Positions 1-10,421 are shown, counted from the first letter of the whole stretch. The stretch is DNA of 63,124 nt, filler included, from 3 parts of 3 records of this genome joined end to end with filler, not necessarily neighbours in it; one strand, 5' to 3'. Made by a program: numbers and translations. The notes: generated from the letters alone by a model not told the origin.

Positions 1-1056
1 CCATGCCCAATAAAACACTGTCCAACCATGGAACCAAGTCGAATCTTCACGGCCTACCCAGTTGGACAATGGAATAAAGTTTTCTGCATAGCCGACGGCA
101 ATGTCAGTGAATGTTCCAAAAATAGCTAATGTTGGGCCAATAACAACAATGAGAGCGATTAACGCCGCAGCAATAATCATATTGATATTACTTAAAATTT
201 TCACGCCGCCATCAAGACCTCTGGCAACAGAAATGACAGCGATACTGGTTACAACAACAATAAAGCCGATTTGTGTTGTAATGCCATTTGAAATGCCAAA
301 CAGATGACTCAAACCACCAGCGGCTTGTTGTGCACCAAATCCCAAGGAGGTAGCCAGACCAAAAATAGTGGCAAGAACGGCAAGAATATCAATGAAGTTA
401 CCAATAAAGCCCCAGCAACGTTCGCCAAAAATTGGGAAAAAAGCCGAACGAATCGTTAGTGGAAGTCCTTTGTTGTAAGAAAAGAAGGCTAATGCTAATC
501 CTACGACTGCATAAATTGCCCAAGGGTGAAGCCCCCAGTGATACATAGTTGCGCTCAGAGCAAGTGTTCTGGCTTCTTCTGTTTTCGCCTCAACGTTCAG
601 TGGCGTGCCATACCAATCCGTATAATACGCAACTGGCTCTGCGACACTCCAGAACATAAGGCCTATCCCCATTCCCGCAGCAAACAACATGCTAAACCAG
701 GACAAATAAGAAAATTCTGGCTTTGCTGTTGCTCCACCAAGACGAATTTTCCCTACAGGCGTAACCAATAAAAACACACAAAATGCGATAAACACGTTGC
801 AACCAACGATAAAGAACCAATCAAAATTATTGATTGACCAACTGCGCGCCTGTGTCAGAACCTCTTTTGCCCCTTCAGGAAAACTCAACGCCAAAACAAT
901 GAAGGCCAAAATCAGCGCAGCACTCGTACCAAATACCGGGTTATGAATGTCCATCCCCCACAGCTTTACGTTGTCTTGCCCTGTACAATAGTCCGTATCA
1001 TAAGGTTTCTTTGATCTTGACTTATACTTGGTTGGGCTATCTATCATACTTTTCAT
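1..1056 (-). CDS. BCCT-family betaine/choline/carnitine transporter (3' end runs off the window)
   Basis: Not in the ORF track because it has no stop in the window. Manual translation from ATG 1056 (GAGGGA RBS upstream) gives MKSMIDSPTKYKSRSKKPYDTDYCTGQDNVKLWGMDIHNPVF..., with the BCCT signature MYHWGLHPWAIY near 510-545 and many hydrophobic segments. Confidence 0.9.
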   Translation of the reverse strand, partial: MKSMIDSPTKYKSRSKKPYDTDYCTGQDNVKLWGMDIHNPVFGTSAALILAFIVLALSFPEGAKEVLTQARSWSINNFDWFFIVGCNVFIAFCVFLLVTPVGKIRLGGATAKPEFSYLSWFSMLFAAGMGIGLMFWSVAEPVAYYTDWYGTPLNVEAKTEEARTLALSATMYHWGLHPWAIYAVVGLALAFFSYNKGLPLTIRSAFFPIFGERCWGFIGNFIDILAVLATIFGLATSLGFGAQQAAGGLSHLFGISNGITTQIGFIVVVTSIAVISVARGLDGGVKILSNINMIIAAALIALIVVIGPTLAIFGTFTDIAVGYAENFIPLSNWVGREDSTWFHGWTVFYWAW

Positions 1057-1140
1057 AAGTTCCCTCTATATTGTTGTCTTGCCACTTCCATAAGTGGCAC
1101 CACACAAGCTCAGAACATCCTTATCTGAGCCTCACTATCT

Positions 1141-1932
1141 TTAGTGCACCACGCCTTCTTCGAGCAATAAATCAAACACTGCCTGAGCCATGTCTGGCAC
1201 GGGTTTATCTTTGAGTATCTTGCCACCGGAAGACTCGGTTTTTGCTGTTGCGGCTTTAAAGCGATCTGCCGCACTCTTCGCTTTTACGACTTTCAGTCTC
1301 TTCGCTTTTGGCTTGGCTGAGGTTTGTTCCCAGCCAACTTTAATTTCATCAACTTGCTTCTCTGTCACTTCTTGCGTGATAACGTCACACCTTCTCGCTC
1401 GACCAAACGCACTCTGACGCGGCTCCTGAGCAGCAAAATCAACGCTAGCGACAAAAGGCAGAGAAACACTAATTGCACGTCTCTGCCCTCGGGGGAGAGC
1501 TTGTAATACTCGGGCTTTACCATTTTCTACCGATAGGATTTCAGCAATTCCCATTACGATTGGGCATCGTAGCTGATAGGCAAGAAAAAAAGGCAACATG
1601 CCAGACGATTCACCACCCTCAGCACGCATGCCGGTAAGTACGATGTCCGGCATGTTGTCCCGAAAATACGCGGATAGAGTTGTGACCGCATCTTGCTGCT
1701 CTTCCTGAGCCAGAACACGAATTTCAGAAAGCCCCATACCGCTGTAATATGAGAGTGCAGGTTCCTGCGGATTACCAGCATGAACCACCTCAACCTCACT
1801 CCCACCCAAATTAAGAGCCAATTCAACCGCTCGGGCATCCGTCATCGAACGACGCGCTCGTCCGGTATCGGGATGCGCTCCAATAGAAACTAAGGTACTA
1901 ACACGAAGTGTTTGGGTTTGATTACGCTGCAT
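1141..1932 (-). CDS. etfB: Electron transfer flavoprotein beta subunit (FixA/EtfB-like) of the DMG demethylase module
   Basis: DARAVELAL, PDIVLTGMRAEGGESSGMLPF and PFVASVD..EPR motifs. Overlaps the etfA stop and follows dgcAB. Confidence 0.85.
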   Translation of the reverse strand: MQRNQTQTLRVSTLVSIGAHPDTGRARRSMTDARAVELALNLGGSEVEVVHAGNPQEPALSYYSGMGLSEIRVLAQEEQQDAVTTLSAYFRDNMPDIVLTGMRAEGGESSGMLPFFLAYQLRCPIVMGIAEILSVENGKARVLQALPRGQRRAISVSLPFVASVDFAAQEPRQSAFGRARRCDVITQEVTEKQVDEIKVGWEQTSAKPKAKRLKVVKAKSAADRFKAATAKTESSGGKILKDKPVPDMAQAVFDLLLEEGVVH

Positions 1933-3160
1933 CCTTCAGCTCCTCTGATTGGTATTTTTGAATCAAGGCGATCAGTTCACTCAAAAACTCATTACTGTCT
2001 GCAATAACACTGAGATCTGCGCGCTTAACCATATCGCAGCCAGCATCGGTATTTATCGCGATCACTTTTTCACACGCTCCAATTCCTTGCAGGTGTTGGA
2101 TTGCACCGGAAATACCCACGGCAACATAGACTCGCGCGGTCACCCAACTTCCTGTCGCACCGACCTGACGATGACGAGGCATAAAGCCGTCATCCACCGC
2201 AACTCGGCTTGCACCTTCCGTAGCGCCAAGTATTTGTGCAGCCAGATGGAATTGCTCCCAGTTGTGGATACCGTTACCTGCGGAGAGAATGAACTCGGCT
2301 TCGGTTAACGGCACCGACTGAGGATCAACGGCCACCGGTCCCAAATCTTCTATACAGGGTTCAAATTCCCCTTCAATTGAGAACTCTACCGGCAGCACTT
2401 CATGACGAGTTTCATCAACCGGTAAGGCACATTCTTCAGCTAATAACAGTACTCGTGGAGTATCGCGTTTAATGTCATGTCGACCACCAGCAGCGCGGCA
2501 CACGACCTGTTCTGAATTGACAGACCAAGCCTGAGTGGCAGGCCGCTCATTAATCAAGGCACACAGACGTGCACCAATCTCAAACCCGCCATTAATGCTG
2601 TCCGGCAGCAGCCAGTGCTTCGGCGTATATTGAGTTTCAATGCTTGACAGCACTTCAGCTCTAAGTTCAGGGCTGTAATGATCAAACATCTCACCCGCAA
2701 CAGAAATTAAACGGTCTACGCCAGCGACATCGAACTGCTCTTCTTTATGTGTCCCGAACACCACCGCTATCACTGCGCCCTGTCCCTCATACTGGCTTAT
2801 CAATTGATGAGCCTGACCCAACACGTCTTTATCGTGGCTGCTCAAGCGACCACCCGGCATATCGGGTACCACCACAATGCAAAAATCAGGCGATTCGACT
2901 TGGTGTAAAGGCAAGCGAACTTCCGCCGCACCTTTCTGGCGTAAACCTTTAACTGTACTGCCTGCCCCCTTGTTAAGACGGTCAATTCTCTTAAGACCAT
3001 TCGGCCCAATAAAACCCACCCGATGAGGGTATTTGCGAATCAAGCCAGTCGGCCCGCGTTCTTCCAGAGGCTGAGCCACCAGACTTTGGTGTTCAGGGTG
3101 AAGACGGTTACGCATAATCCATTCAGCCCGAGGGTCTCGACGTAAAATAAATTCTTCCAT
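1922..3160 (-). CDS. etfA: Electron transfer flavoprotein alpha subunit (FixB/EtfA-like) with N-terminal extension
   Basis: C-terminal FAD-binding motifs [36 protein letters not shown]. Confidence 0.92.
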   Translation of the reverse strand: MEEFILRRDPRAEWIMRNRLHPEHQSLVAQPLEERGPTGLIRKYPHRVGFIGPNGLKRIDRLNKGAGSTVKGLRQKGAAEVRLPLHQVESPDFCIVVVPDMPGGRLSSHDKDVLGQAHQLISQYEGQGAVIAVVFGTHKEEQFDVAGVDRLISVAGEMFDHYSPELRAEVLSSIETQYTPKHWLLPDSINGGFEIGARLCALINERPATQAWSVNSEQVVCRAAGGRHDIKRDTPRVLLLAEECALPVDETRHEVLPVEFSIEGEFEPCIEDLGPVAVDPQSVPLTEAEFILSAGNGIHNWEQFHLAAQILGATEGASRVAVDDGFMPRHRQVGATGSWVTARVYVAVGISGAIQHLQGIGACEKVIAINTDAGCDMVKRADLSVIADSNEFLSELIALIQKYQSEELKDAA

Positions 3161-3169
3161 TGTCTCCTC

Positions 3170-5134
3170 CTACAAAACTTCAGGCTCTGGTGTCGGTGAC
3201 CACACATCAATAGCCGGCGACGTTGGCGTCTGCTCTACCAGCATTTCTGCAACCAGTTCTGCGATATCTTTTACTTCTGGACGTGGCTCTACCACGCCTT
3301 CCAACATCGCTGTACATTGTTGGCAACCCACCGCAACCAAATCCGCTCCGGTTTCACGAATATCGTCCATACGCATATCGGCAATACGACGTTCTCCCGG
3401 GATATCGGTAATCGGCGCACCACCGCCACCGCCACAGCAACGCGAACGGAAGCCTGAACGTTCCATCTCTGAAACTTCCACCCCTAAATGCTTAAGCAGG
3501 GATCTTGGTGCTTCATATTCACCGTTGTAACGGCCGAGATAACATGGGTCGTGATAGGTCACTGTACCTGCAGAAAACTCGCCAAGTTCAATCAATCCTT
3601 TCTCAACCAGTTGATTGATAAAAGTGGTGTGGTGCCAGACCTGATACTGAGGCTTCTCATTTTCCGGATAGAAATCCGGATATTCATTTTTCAGACAATG
3701 GAAAGCGTGAGGATCAGTCGTGACGATACAATCGAATTCGTATTTCATCAGAGTCTTGATATTACATTTCGCTATGCGCTGGAATGTCGCATCATCACCC
3801 AAGCGTCTGGCGACATCGCCACTATCCAGTTCTTCATCACCAAGAAATGCGAAATTGATTTTTGCAGCTTTCAGTATTTGCACAAATGCCTTAAGAATAC
3901 GCTGGCTGCGCATATCAAAGGCACCATCAGAAACCCAGAACAAAACGTCTGCACGTTTAACATCAGACATCAGATTAATGTCTTGGTCGGCCGCCCAGTT
4001 TGAACGCTTATTCGGTGCATGACCATTTGGATTGTCAGTGAAAATAATGTTCTCTAGTACTTCCACACCTTTGTTCGGCGTTTCTCCTTTTTCCATCGTC
4101 AGGAAACGGCGCATATCGACAACAGCATCCACATGCTCAATCATCATCGGACATTCTTCAACGCAAGCTCGGCAAGTCGTACACGACCACAATGTCTCTG
4201 CATTCAAAACACCATTAACAATCGGCTTATGTGGGTCACCTTTGGCGCAACCTACTTCCTTACCCGGATAAGGGCTTCCTGCGTATTTCTTATCACTACC
4301 GCCAGCCAAACCAACCACCATATCCTGAATCAGTTTTTTCGGATTCAGTGGCTGACCTGCGGCAAATGCCGGACAAACCGCTTCACAACGTCCACATTGC
4401 ACACAGGCGTCAAAGCCAAGCAACTGGTTCCATTTAAAATCGGACGGGTTTTCCACCCCTAACTTTTCAGCGTTTAGATCAACAGGCTTTAGTCCGGTAG
4501 AACGACCACCACCAAAACGTTCAGCACGACGGTGAAAGGCCAGATGCAGTGAGCCAGCAAACGCATGCTTCATTGGCCCACCCCATCCCATACCGAAAAA
4601 CATTTCTCCGACACCCCAGATGATGGCAGCAATCAAAACCACAGAGACAACCACATTAAAAATGTCTCCGGAGACCACGCCAGAAGCAGGCAGGGTTGCA
4701 ATGAAAAAGCTGACTGAAAACATCAGTAAACTTTTAGGCAACCTCATCCACGGACCTTTAGATAAACGGGAAGGCGGATTAAGACGGCGTCGAACAACAA
4801 ACAGTGCACCGCAAAACATCAGTCCAAGCGACGCTAATAACACCCAAGAGAGGATTTGCGGCGCAAAGCCAAAACCGTGTACCGCAACAATGAGTACAAC
4901 CGACAGAACAAAACCGCCAGCGGTGGCTACGTGAGTATTCGACATCACTTTATCGCGAGCGACGACATGGTGTAAGTCAACGAGATAGCGACGAGGCATC
5001 GCCGCCAACCCAGCCAACAGAGCAACCTTTTCAGGCTGCCCTCTTCGCCACATATTGATGCGGCGAATCATTCCAATGACAGTCAGAAGTCCGACTGCCA
5101 TGAGAAGGATTGGGATTACCGATTCCAGCAACAT
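3170..5134 (-). CDS. dgcB: Dimethylglycine demethylation protein DgcB (membrane Fe-S oxidoreductase with CCG domains)
   Basis: N-terminal TM helices, CVQCGRCEAVCP and CTTCRACVEECP [4Fe-4S] motifs, HDPCYLGR and CCGGGGG motifs. Directly downstream of dgcA. Confidence 0.9.
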   Translation of the reverse strand: MLLESVIPILLMAVGLLTVIGMIRRINMWRRGQPEKVALLAGLAAMPRRYLVDLHHVVARDKVMSNTHVATAGGFVLSVVLIVAVHGFGFAPQILSWVLLASLGLMFCGALFVVRRRLNPPSRLSKGPWMRLPKSLLMFSVSFFIATLPASGVVSGDIFNVVVSVVLIAAIIWGVGEMFFGMGWGGPMKHAFAGSLHLAFHRRAERFGGGRSTGLKPVDLNAEKLGVENPSDFKWNQLLGFDACVQCGRCEAVCPAFAAGQPLNPKKLIQDMVVGLAGGSDKKYAGSPYPGKEVGCAKGDPHKPIVNGVLNAETLWSCTTCRACVEECPMMIEHVDAVVDMRRFLTMEKGETPNKGVEVLENIIFTDNPNGHAPNKRSNWAADQDINLMSDVKRADVLFWVSDGAFDMRSQRILKAFVQILKAAKINFAFLGDEELDSGDVARRLGDDATFQRIAKCNIKTLMKYEFDCIVTTDPHAFHCLKNEYPDFYPENEKPQYQVWHHTTFINQLVEKGLIELGEFSAGTVTYHDPCYLGRYNGEYEAPRSLLKHLGVEVSEMERSGFRSRCCGGGGGAPITDIPGERRIADMRMDDIRETGADLVAVGCQQCTAMLEGVVEPRPEVKDIAELVAEMLVEQTPTSPAIDVWSPTPEPEVL

Positions 5135-5143
5135 AGGCTCACC

Positions 5144-7207
5144 TTAAAGATCTTTACACAGGCGTAATGCGTCATAGATAGCCGCATGAGTATTGCGTTG
5201 AGAGACACAATCCCCCAGACGCCACAAAATCATTCCGTCTTGCGCTTCACTCAACACCGGCTGTGCTTTAGCCGCGAACAGTGTTTCATTGTCTATCTGA
5301 CCGCGATTCACAGATTCCGCTTTTAACTCGTAATAAAGCTCTTCATTAGGGCGAATACCGTTCTCAACCACAACCTGATCAACCACACGCTCTTCTTTCT
5401 GGCCGGTATACTCGTTCTCCAGCAGTGCGATTAAATTGTCACCTTCTCGATATACTTTCATCAATGCGAGATCAGACGTCATAATCACTTCTTTCTCATA
5501 CAGGCTTCGGTAATAGGTTGGGAATGTCGTACCACCGATACCAACACCCGGTTTAATATCATCCGTAACCAGTTCAACCTGAGCGCCTTTCGCCGTCAGG
5601 TAGTCAGCGGCAGACATTCCGGAGAACTCACAAATAGTGTCAAATACCAGAACATTTTTGCCCGGCTCTACCGTGCCATTGAGAATGTCCCATGAAGACA
5701 CAACCAGACCTTCAGCCGCTCCCCAATCTGGATTCTGCTCAATAAACGGAGTACCGCCTGTCGCAAGAATGCAAACATCAGGTTTCAGCTCACGGATCAT
5801 ATCGGCATTGGCTGGCGTATTAAGCAGTACCTCGACTTCCAAACGATTAAGCTCCATCGCTAACCAGCGCGTAATACCCGCCATCTGATCGCGCTGTGGT
5901 GCTTTTGCTGCAATGTTAATTTGTCCGCCTAGCTCAGATGCTTTTTCAATCAGAGTGACTTTGTGCCCTCGTTCAGCGGCAACACGTGCAGCTTCCAGAC
6001 CGCCTGGTCCTCCACCGACAACCACCACATTGCGAATCGGACCTGCTGTTTTCTCGATAATATGCGGCATGCCCATGTGTTCGCGTGACGTCGCCGCATT
6101 TTGAATACACAGCACATCCAACCCCATGTATTGGCGGTCAATACAGTAGTTCGCGCCCACACACTGACGGATTTGATCCGTCTGGCCGAGTTTGATTTTG
6201 GTGATCAGGTGCGGGTCAGCAATATGGGCGCGGGTCATACCAACGAAGTCGACATAACCGCCTTCGAGAATACGTTTCGCCTGATTGGGGTCTTTGATAT
6301 TTTGTGCGTGAATAACCGGCACAGTGACCACTTCTTTAATACCCGCAGCCAAATGGAGGAAAGGCTCTGGTGGGTAGCTCATGTTCGGAATAACGTTAGC
6401 CAACGTATTGTGCGTATCACAACCCGAACCCACAACACCGAAGTAATCAACCATACCAGTAACATCATAGTACGCCGCGATTTGCTTCATATCATCGTGA
6501 GTTAAACCGTCAGGGTGGAACTCATCCCCCGTGATACGCATACCCACGACAAAATCAGGGCCAACCGCTTCGCGCACGGCTTTTAGCACTTCCATACCAA
6601 AACGCATACGGTTTTCAAACGTTCCGCCCCATTGGTCGGTACGTTTATTCACGCGAGGAGACCAGAACTGGTCAATCATATGCTGGTGAACAGCCGATAA
6701 CTCAACACCGTCGAGACCACCTTCTTTGGCACGAACCGCCGCTTTTGCGAAATCACCGATCACGCGCCAGATCTCTTCTTCTTCAATGGTTTTACACGTC
6801 GCACGGTGTACAGGTTCACGAATGCCAGAAGGTGACATCAAATTTGGCCAGTGCTCACCATCCCAGCGAGAGCGACGTCCCATATGGGTAATTTGGATCA
6901 TGATCTTACCGCCGTGCTTATGCACAGCGTCTGCGAGATTCTGGAAATGAGGAATAATTCGGTCAGTAGACAGGTTTACCGAACTCCACCAACTTTGGGG
7001 GCTGTCGATAGAAACCACGCTTGAGCCACCGCAGATACAAAGACCACAGCCACCCTTGGCTTTCTCTTCGTAGTATTTAACGTAGCGATCCGTCGTCATA
7101 CCTCCATCTGTCGCATAAACTTCGGCATGGGCTGTACTCACAATACGGTTACGGATCGTGGTTTTATTAATTTTTAATGGTTGGAACAGAATATCGAACT
7201 GGGACAT
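5144..7207 (-). CDS. dgcA: Dimethylglycine demethylation protein DgcA (NADH:flavin oxidoreductase / OYE family)
   Basis: RNRIVSTAHAEVY, QFWSPRVNKRTDQWGG, Cys cluster CVGANYC...C and Rossmann VVVVGGGPGGLEAA. Context matches the Pseudomonas dgcAB cluster. Confidence 0.92.
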   Translation of the reverse strand: MSQFDILFQPLKINKTTIRNRIVSTAHAEVYATDGGMTTDRYVKYYEEKAKGGCGLCICGGSSVVSIDSPQSWWSSVNLSTDRIIPHFQNLADAVHKHGGKIMIQITHMGRRSRWDGEHWPNLMSPSGIREPVHRATCKTIEEEEIWRVIGDFAKAAVRAKEGGLDGVELSAVHQHMIDQFWSPRVNKRTDQWGGTFENRMRFGMEVLKAVREAVGPDFVVGMRITGDEFHPDGLTHDDMKQIAAYYDVTGMVDYFGVVGSGCDTHNTLANVIPNMSYPPEPFLHLAAGIKEVVTVPVIHAQNIKDPNQAKRILEGGYVDFVGMTRAHIADPHLITKIKLGQTDQIRQCVGANYCIDRQYMGLDVLCIQNAATSREHMGMPHIIEKTAGPIRNVVVVGGGPGGLEAARVAAERGHKVTLIEKASELGGQINIAAKAPQRDQMAGITRWLAMELNRLEVEVLLNTPANADMIRELKPDVCILATGGTPFIEQNPDWGAAEGLVVSSWDILNGTVEPGKNVLVFDTICEFSGMSAADYLTAKGAQVELVTDDIKPGVGIGGTTFPTYYRSLYEKEVIMTSDLALMKVYREGDNLIALLENEYTGQKEERVVDQVVVENGIRPNEELYYELKAESVNRGQIDNETLFAAKAQPVLSEAQDGMILWRLGDCVSQRNTHAAIYDALRLCKDL

Positions 7208-7222
7208 ACTTCACCTCTGTAC

Positions 7223-7250
7223 CAGCCTTACTTCATTATGAGTAAGGCTG
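7223..7250. other. Intergenic stem-loop upstream of dgcA (mRNA stability element or partial terminator)
   Basis: CAGCCTTACT-N8-AGTAAGGCTG, a perfect 10-bp stem with no clear U-tract. Confidence 0.45.
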
Positions 7251-7289
7251 TCTTCCTTGACATTGCTTACTTTACTTAGCGTTTTTTTA

Positions 7290-7820
7290 TTAGATTGGTG
7301 TCACTTCAAACAGGCCAAATTCACAGCCTTCTTCAGCACCACTTTGCGTTTGTGCGGCCTTAGTTTTCACCGACAGCCCCATGCTTTGCGCAATCTGATC
7401 CATCGCTCCGGCAAACCAGCCTGTGAACATGTAATCCACTTTTCGGTTCACTTTTCCGTACTGATAAACGAAGCATGAATTTTCAAGACGTACACGAGCT
7501 TCGCCTTTCTCAATATCTAAATGTTCTGTGATGAAAAATCCCCAACCACGCTGAGATAAACGTTTCATGTAGTGGTCAAAAATTTCTGTTCCAACTAGAC
7601 CATGTTCTTCCGCTTCTTTTTCACACCAGTAGTACGCTGATTTGTAACCCGCTTTATACAAAATCTCTGCGTAGCGTTCAGGGCCGATTTCATCTTCGAT
7701 CCCCATATGGTTATTGACGAAAAAGTGACGAGGCACATAAAGCATGGGTAGTGCGTCGGTGGTCCATACGCCAGTTTCGTCATCAACAACAATTGGCATT
7801 TCAGGTGCGTGTGTACTCAT
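7290..7820 (-). CDS. V4R-domain protein (homolog of the gene preceding dgcA in Pseudomonas)
   Basis: PMLYVPRHFF...SQRGWG...DYMFTGWFAGAMDQ. I prefer ATG 7820 (GAAAGGGA RBS) over 7847. Confidence 0.8.
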   Translation of the reverse strand: MSTHAPEMPIVVDDETGVWTTDALPMLYVPRHFFVNNHMGIEDEIGPERYAEILYKAGYKSAYYWCEKEAEEHGLVGTEIFDHYMKRLSQRGWGFFITEHLDIEKGEARVRLENSCFVYQYGKVNRKVDYMFTGWFAGAMDQIAQSMGLSVKTKAAQTQSGAEEGCEFGLFEVTPI

Positions 7821-7868
7821 ATCGAATTTCCCTTTCAAATATTCCATTCTTTTCTGTTCCGGATGGCA

Positions 7869-8846
7869 CTATTCGCCCCAGACTTCCCCTAATACGCGTA
7901 ACCAGTTCTCTCCCATGATTTTGCGTACCTGTGATTCACTAAAACCATGTCTGAGTAGAGCTTCGGTTAAGTTTGGGAATTCTCCGAGCGTGCGAATGCC
8001 TTCTGGATTGATAATTTCGCCAAAGTTAGTCAGGCGGCGTGCATAACCTTTGTCGTGCGTCAGCCACTCAAAGAAAGGCTGCCCATGACCCTGAGTGAAA
8101 TCGGTGCCGATACCAATCTGGTCTTCACCAACCAAATCGAAGATGTAAGCGATCGCTTCAACGTAGTCATCGATGGTTGAATGGATGCCATTTTTAAGAA
8201 ACGGTGCGAACATGGTGACGCCGACAAACCCACCGTGATCGGCGATAAACTTGATGTCTTCATCAGATTTATTTCGTGGATGGTCTTTTAAACCGCTAGG
8301 TAAACAGTGGGAATAACAAACCGGTTTTTTAGATGCGAGGATGACTTCCTGAGAGGTTTTAGCGCCAACATGGGACAAATCACACATGATGCCAACGCGG
8401 TTCATCTCTGCGACAACTTCATGACCAAACCCCGATAAACCGCCGTCACGTTCATAACAGCCGGTCCCCACCAGGTTTTGGGTGTTGTAACACATTTGCA
8501 CCACGCCAACGCCAAGGTCTTTAAACACCTGAACATAACCAAGCTGGTCTTCAAACGCATGCGCATTCTGAAAGCCCATCATAATGCCCGTCTTACCTTG
8601 TTGCTTAGCGCGACGAATATCATCGGTGCTGGTTACCTTGAGAACCAAATCGCTGTTTTCTTCCAACAGGTTGTTCATTTCAACGATGTTATTAACGGTA
8701 CTTTGGAAACCTTCCCAGACAGAAACCGTGCAGTTCGCTGCTGTGATTCCACCCTTGCGCATATCTTCAAATAAAGCGCGATCCCATTTCGCAATCACTA
8801 AACCGTCAATCACAATCGAATCATCATGCAATTCCGTCGCATTCAT
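7869..8846 (-). CDS. Membrane dipeptidase (peptidase M19)-like protein of the betaine cluster
   Basis: DLSHVG, YSHC, HPRNKSD and IGIGTDF motifs, C-terminal KIMGENWLRV. Confidence 0.85.
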   Translation of the reverse strand: MNATELHDDSIVIDGLVIAKWDRALFEDMRKGGITAANCTVSVWEGFQSTVNNIVEMNNLLEENSDLVLKVTSTDDIRRAKQQGKTGIMMGFQNAHAFEDQLGYVQVFKDLGVGVVQMCYNTQNLVGTGCYERDGGLSGFGHEVVAEMNRVGIMCDLSHVGAKTSQEVILASKKPVCYSHCLPSGLKDHPRNKSDEDIKFIADHGGFVGVTMFAPFLKNGIHSTIDDYVEAIAYIFDLVGEDQIGIGTDFTQGHGQPFFEWLTHDKGYARRLTNFGEIINPEGIRTLGEFPNLTEALLRHGFSESQVRKIMGENWLRVLGEVWGE

Positions 8847-8882
8847 TTCGTCACCTATTCCTTGTGTTCCTTGTTAGTAACC

Positions 8883-8946
8883 AGAATAGGTATTACCGGT
8901 TTTCAAAAGTGTTCTGAAAACGGCATCTAAAATCCCTTTTGCGTAA
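8883..8946 (-). promoter_or_regulatory. Putative GbdR-activated promoter for the dipeptidase-V4R-dgcAB-etf operon
   Basis: Minus strand reads TTACG-N16-TGCCGTTTTCAGAAC..TTGAAA-N12-TATTCT. The same architecture recurs at 11915-11978. Confidence 0.6.
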
Positions 8947-8968
8947 CTATTTTGTCTATTTCAGATAC

Positions 8969-8998
8969 AAAAACGCCGTCGACAAAGCGACGGCGTTT
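8969..8998 (-). terminator. Rho-independent terminator of gbdR
   Basis: AAACGCCGTCG-ACAAAG-CGACGGCGTTT stem with a T-run on the minus strand, just past the gbdR stop. Confidence 0.75.
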
Positions 8999-9017
8999 CA
9001 ATGTTTATAGACAGAGA

Positions 9018-10154
9018 TTAGACAGAAACAGAACCATACGTCGGCTCGTACTGAGCTTCGTACAAAGCTTGAGATGAACGCAGTGGCGCTAAACTGTTAC
9101 CCATCAAATCAATCACATTTGGCGCATTGATTCCAGTCGCAATTGGATCACTTTCAACCAGAGCCATACCTTGAGAACCAATTCGTTCCGTCTTCGGCGA
9201 AATGCCGATGTGAAGGCGGTAGCACTTACTGAAATGAGGGGATGAGACAAAACCACATGCCGTCGCGATCTCAATGATCGACATGGTGGTTTGACGTAGT
9301 AATTGACGAGCACGATATAGACGTAGCTTTAGGTAGTATTTGGACGGCGAACACTGCAAATATTTTTGGAACAGTCGTTCTAACTGGCGACGTGACAATC
9401 CAACATAAACGGCAAGTTCATCAAGTTCGATAACTTCTTCAATATTGGCTTCCATCAGGGTAATCGCTTCAACCAATTTAGGTTGTGCCGTACCTAGCAT
9501 ATGCTTTAGCGGCACACGTTGGTAGTCACTTTCGCCACGAACCCTGTCGCAAATGAACATTTCAGAAATACTACTCCCCAGCTCACGACCAAAGTCTTTC
9601 TGAATCATAGTAATCATCATATCAAGCGGTACTGAACCACCACTACAGGTCATTCTGTCGCGATCGATGACAAACAAGTGGTTTAAACAATGAACACGAG
9701 GATGACGTTCCTGTAGAGTGGCCAAACATTCCCAGTGCACGCTACATTGGTAACCATCAAGCAGACCTGCTTCGGCCAACAAATATGGCCCGGTACAGAC
9801 TCCCCCAAGACGAACATGCTTACGGGCCAGTGATTGAAGCCAGGTGACTTGACGACGAGTATAGCTGCGAACGATATTCACACCGCCAACAACGATGACA
9901 GTATCCAGCTGAGGTGCTTCACTCATCGATGTATCCGGTGTAACAACGATACCATCGCTCGCCGTTACCGCAGATCCATCTTCACTGATCATGTACCAAT
10001 CATACAGTTCCTTACCAGTCAGTTGATTCGCCATTCTTAGCGGATCAACGGCTGATGCCAAAGCTAACATTGTAAAGTTGTTCAACAATAAAAAGCCGAT
10101 ACGGTTTACTTCTTTATTCGACTTTCCATCGATTAAATTCATTGAGACTGACAT
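9018..10154 (-). CDS. gbdR: GlxA/GbdR-family AraC regulator (DJ-1/PfpI amidase-like domain plus AraC HTH)
   Basis: FTMLALASAVDPLRMAN, GGVCTGPYLLAEAGLLDG, LSRRQLERLF, IATACGFVSSPHFSKCYR. Betaine-catabolism context. Start placed at ATG 10154 (GGAG RBS). Confidence 0.85.
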   Translation of the reverse strand: MSVSMNLIDGKSNKEVNRIGFLLLNNFTMLALASAVDPLRMANQLTGKELYDWYMISEDGSAVTASDGIVVTPDTSMSEAPQLDTVIVVGGVNIVRSYTRRQVTWLQSLARKHVRLGGVCTGPYLLAEAGLLDGYQCSVHWECLATLQERHPRVHCLNHLFVIDRDRMTCSGGSVPLDMMITMIQKDFGRELGSSISEMFICDRVRGESDYQRVPLKHMLGTAQPKLVEAITLMEANIEEVIELDELAVYVGLSRRQLERLFQKYLQCSPSKYYLKLRLYRARQLLRQTTMSIIEIATACGFVSSPHFSKCYRLHIGISPKTERIGSQGMALVESDPIATGINAPNVIDLMGNSLAPLRSSQALYEAQYEPTYGSVSV

Positions 10155-10257
10155 GGCGCACTCCATTGCATATTGACGATTGTGGAGATTTATTTTTAAG
10201 CAGAGTTACCTGTTGATTTATGTTTAGTTAACTCGCCGTGTTAAGCACCATCACCTG

Positions 10258-10273
10258 TGCAATATCTGCGCCT
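10258..10273 (-). promoter_or_regulatory. Putative sigma54 (-24/-12) promoter of gbdR
   Basis: Minus strand AGGCGC-AGATA-TTGCA gives GG-N10-GC, close to TGGCAC-N5-TTGCW, about 100 bp upstream of the start. Confidence 0.6.
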
Positions 10274-10421
10274 ATTATTGCCATTTTGTTACGTATTTAT
10301 TTCGTCATTGAATTAATCGTTTTTAAACACATATCTATTTGTCTTTACTATATTTTTTCTTATCAGCATGAAAAATGCAATCGTTTACAACACGGTAGAC
10401 ACTATACGAACTGATTAAAAT

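Noticed and set aside
101-771. Plus-strand ORFs 101-307 and 526-771
   Set aside because: Shadow ORFs antisense to the BCCT transporter, which the track missed.
10153-10170. Second sigma54-like TGGCGC...TTGCA on the plus strand
   Set aside because: Spacing is GG-N11-GC, it overlaps the gbdR start region, and no plus-strand gene follows.
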